DNA of 15,464 nucleotides, taken from contig JAZBOO010000338.1 of assembly GCA_036351155.1 (NCBI GenBank), positions 1 to 15,464 on the forward strand, read 5' to 3'. Positions 14,900 through 15,464 of the stretch are shown here, in pieces; position 1 is the stretch's first letter; the number at the start of each line of letters is the position of its first letter. The notes below the pieces were generated by a model. The model saw only the letters and a list, made by a program, of their open reading frames with translations, ran no database searches and was not told where the DNA came from. This DNA comes from Candidatus Krumholzibacteriia bacterium. Its GTDB lineage: Bacteria > Krumholzibacteriota > Krumholzibacteriia > LZORAL124-64-63. The position numbers were made by a program, and so were the translations under genes.

Positions 14900-15464
14900 T
14901 CAGTCCTTGTCGGCATCCGGCGGGTTATTTTCGGTGTTTTCCAGCGCGTCAGCCTCTTGCCAGGCCTGCCTGACCAGGCGGCCCACCTGCCAGCTGAGCA
15001 CCACGAAGAACAGCAATCCCAGGGCCATGAGCGCCCATTCGCCCTTGGATTTACCCTCGCCCTGGATCGCCTGTCCGGCTGTGGCTGAAAAATGACCCAC
15101 CCACACCTGACCGGCCATCCCCGGCACGATGGCGATGAGTCCCAGCAGATAGCTGTTCAACGAACTTTTTCCCGAGGCAAGTGTGTAGCAGACCACGCCG
15201 TAGTTCAAGGGAGAAAGGCGGGCCAGAAAATTGAGGCGGACGGCTCTCTGCTCGGCCAGGCGGTCCAGGGCTGCAAGCTTGCTCTTGCTGGCCACCCACC
15301 GTTGTACGCGCTGACGGAAAAGAACCCTCCCCACAAAGAACATGACCAGCCCACTGGTCACCCCGGACAGCAGGAGCAGACCCAGTCCTGTGACCGGCCC
15401 GAACATGGCCCCGGCAGAAATACCCAGGACAGAAACGGGAAAGCAGAAGGTGGTCAGAACCACG
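14900..15464 (-). CDS. TVP38/TMEM64 (VTT/DedA, SNARE-associated) family membrane protein; 5' end lies outside the window
   Basis: FCFPVSVLGISAGAMFGPVTG...FFVGRVLFR...LARLSPLNYGVVCY matches the VTT pattern P..L...G..FG...G / GR / RL.P...Y. Confidence 0.88.
   Translation of the reverse strand, partial: VVLTTFCFPVSVLGISAGAMFGPVTGLGLLLLSGVTSGLVMFFVGRVLFRQRVQRWVASKSKLAALDRLAEQRAVRLNFLARLSPLNYGVVCYTLASGKSSLNSYLLGLIAIVPGMAGQVWVGHFSATAGQAIQGEGKSKGEWALMALGLLFFVVLSWQVGRLVRQAWQEADALENTENNPPDADKD

Overview
GC-rich, gene-dense chromosomal window from a diderm bacterium, with no rRNA, tRNA, CRISPR array or transposase. Left, on the minus strand: a GlmU-like sugar-nucleotidyltransferase that runs off the edge and is missing from the ORF track, and a 76-aa orphan protein resembling the flagellar rod/hook termini, behind a near-consensus sigma28 promoter. 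After an AT-rich divergent intergenic region comes the most interesting element, a three-gene plus-strand operon: (1) a periplasmic monoheme cytochrome c ending in ...HAADSEQPMTCG; (2) a DUF3373-type outer-membrane beta-barrel with a very Met-rich insertion (20 Met in 106 aa); (3) an octaheme tetrathionate-reductase-family (Otr-like) cytochrome with 8 CxxCH motifs and an apparently altered active-site loop (KRGD). This looks like a porin-cytochrome module for sulfur- or nitrogen-oxyanion redox chemistry. It converges at a 12-bp hairpin terminator on a TetR-TolC-MFP-RND efflux operon whose promoter contains a palindromic operator. Upstream of that, also on the minus strand, are an EamA/DMT transporter, an orphan PAS-PAS HisKA_3 kinase, a pRiA4b ORF-3-family protein and a partial VTT/DedA protein. 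All family calls come from motifs recognised by eye; no database search was run.
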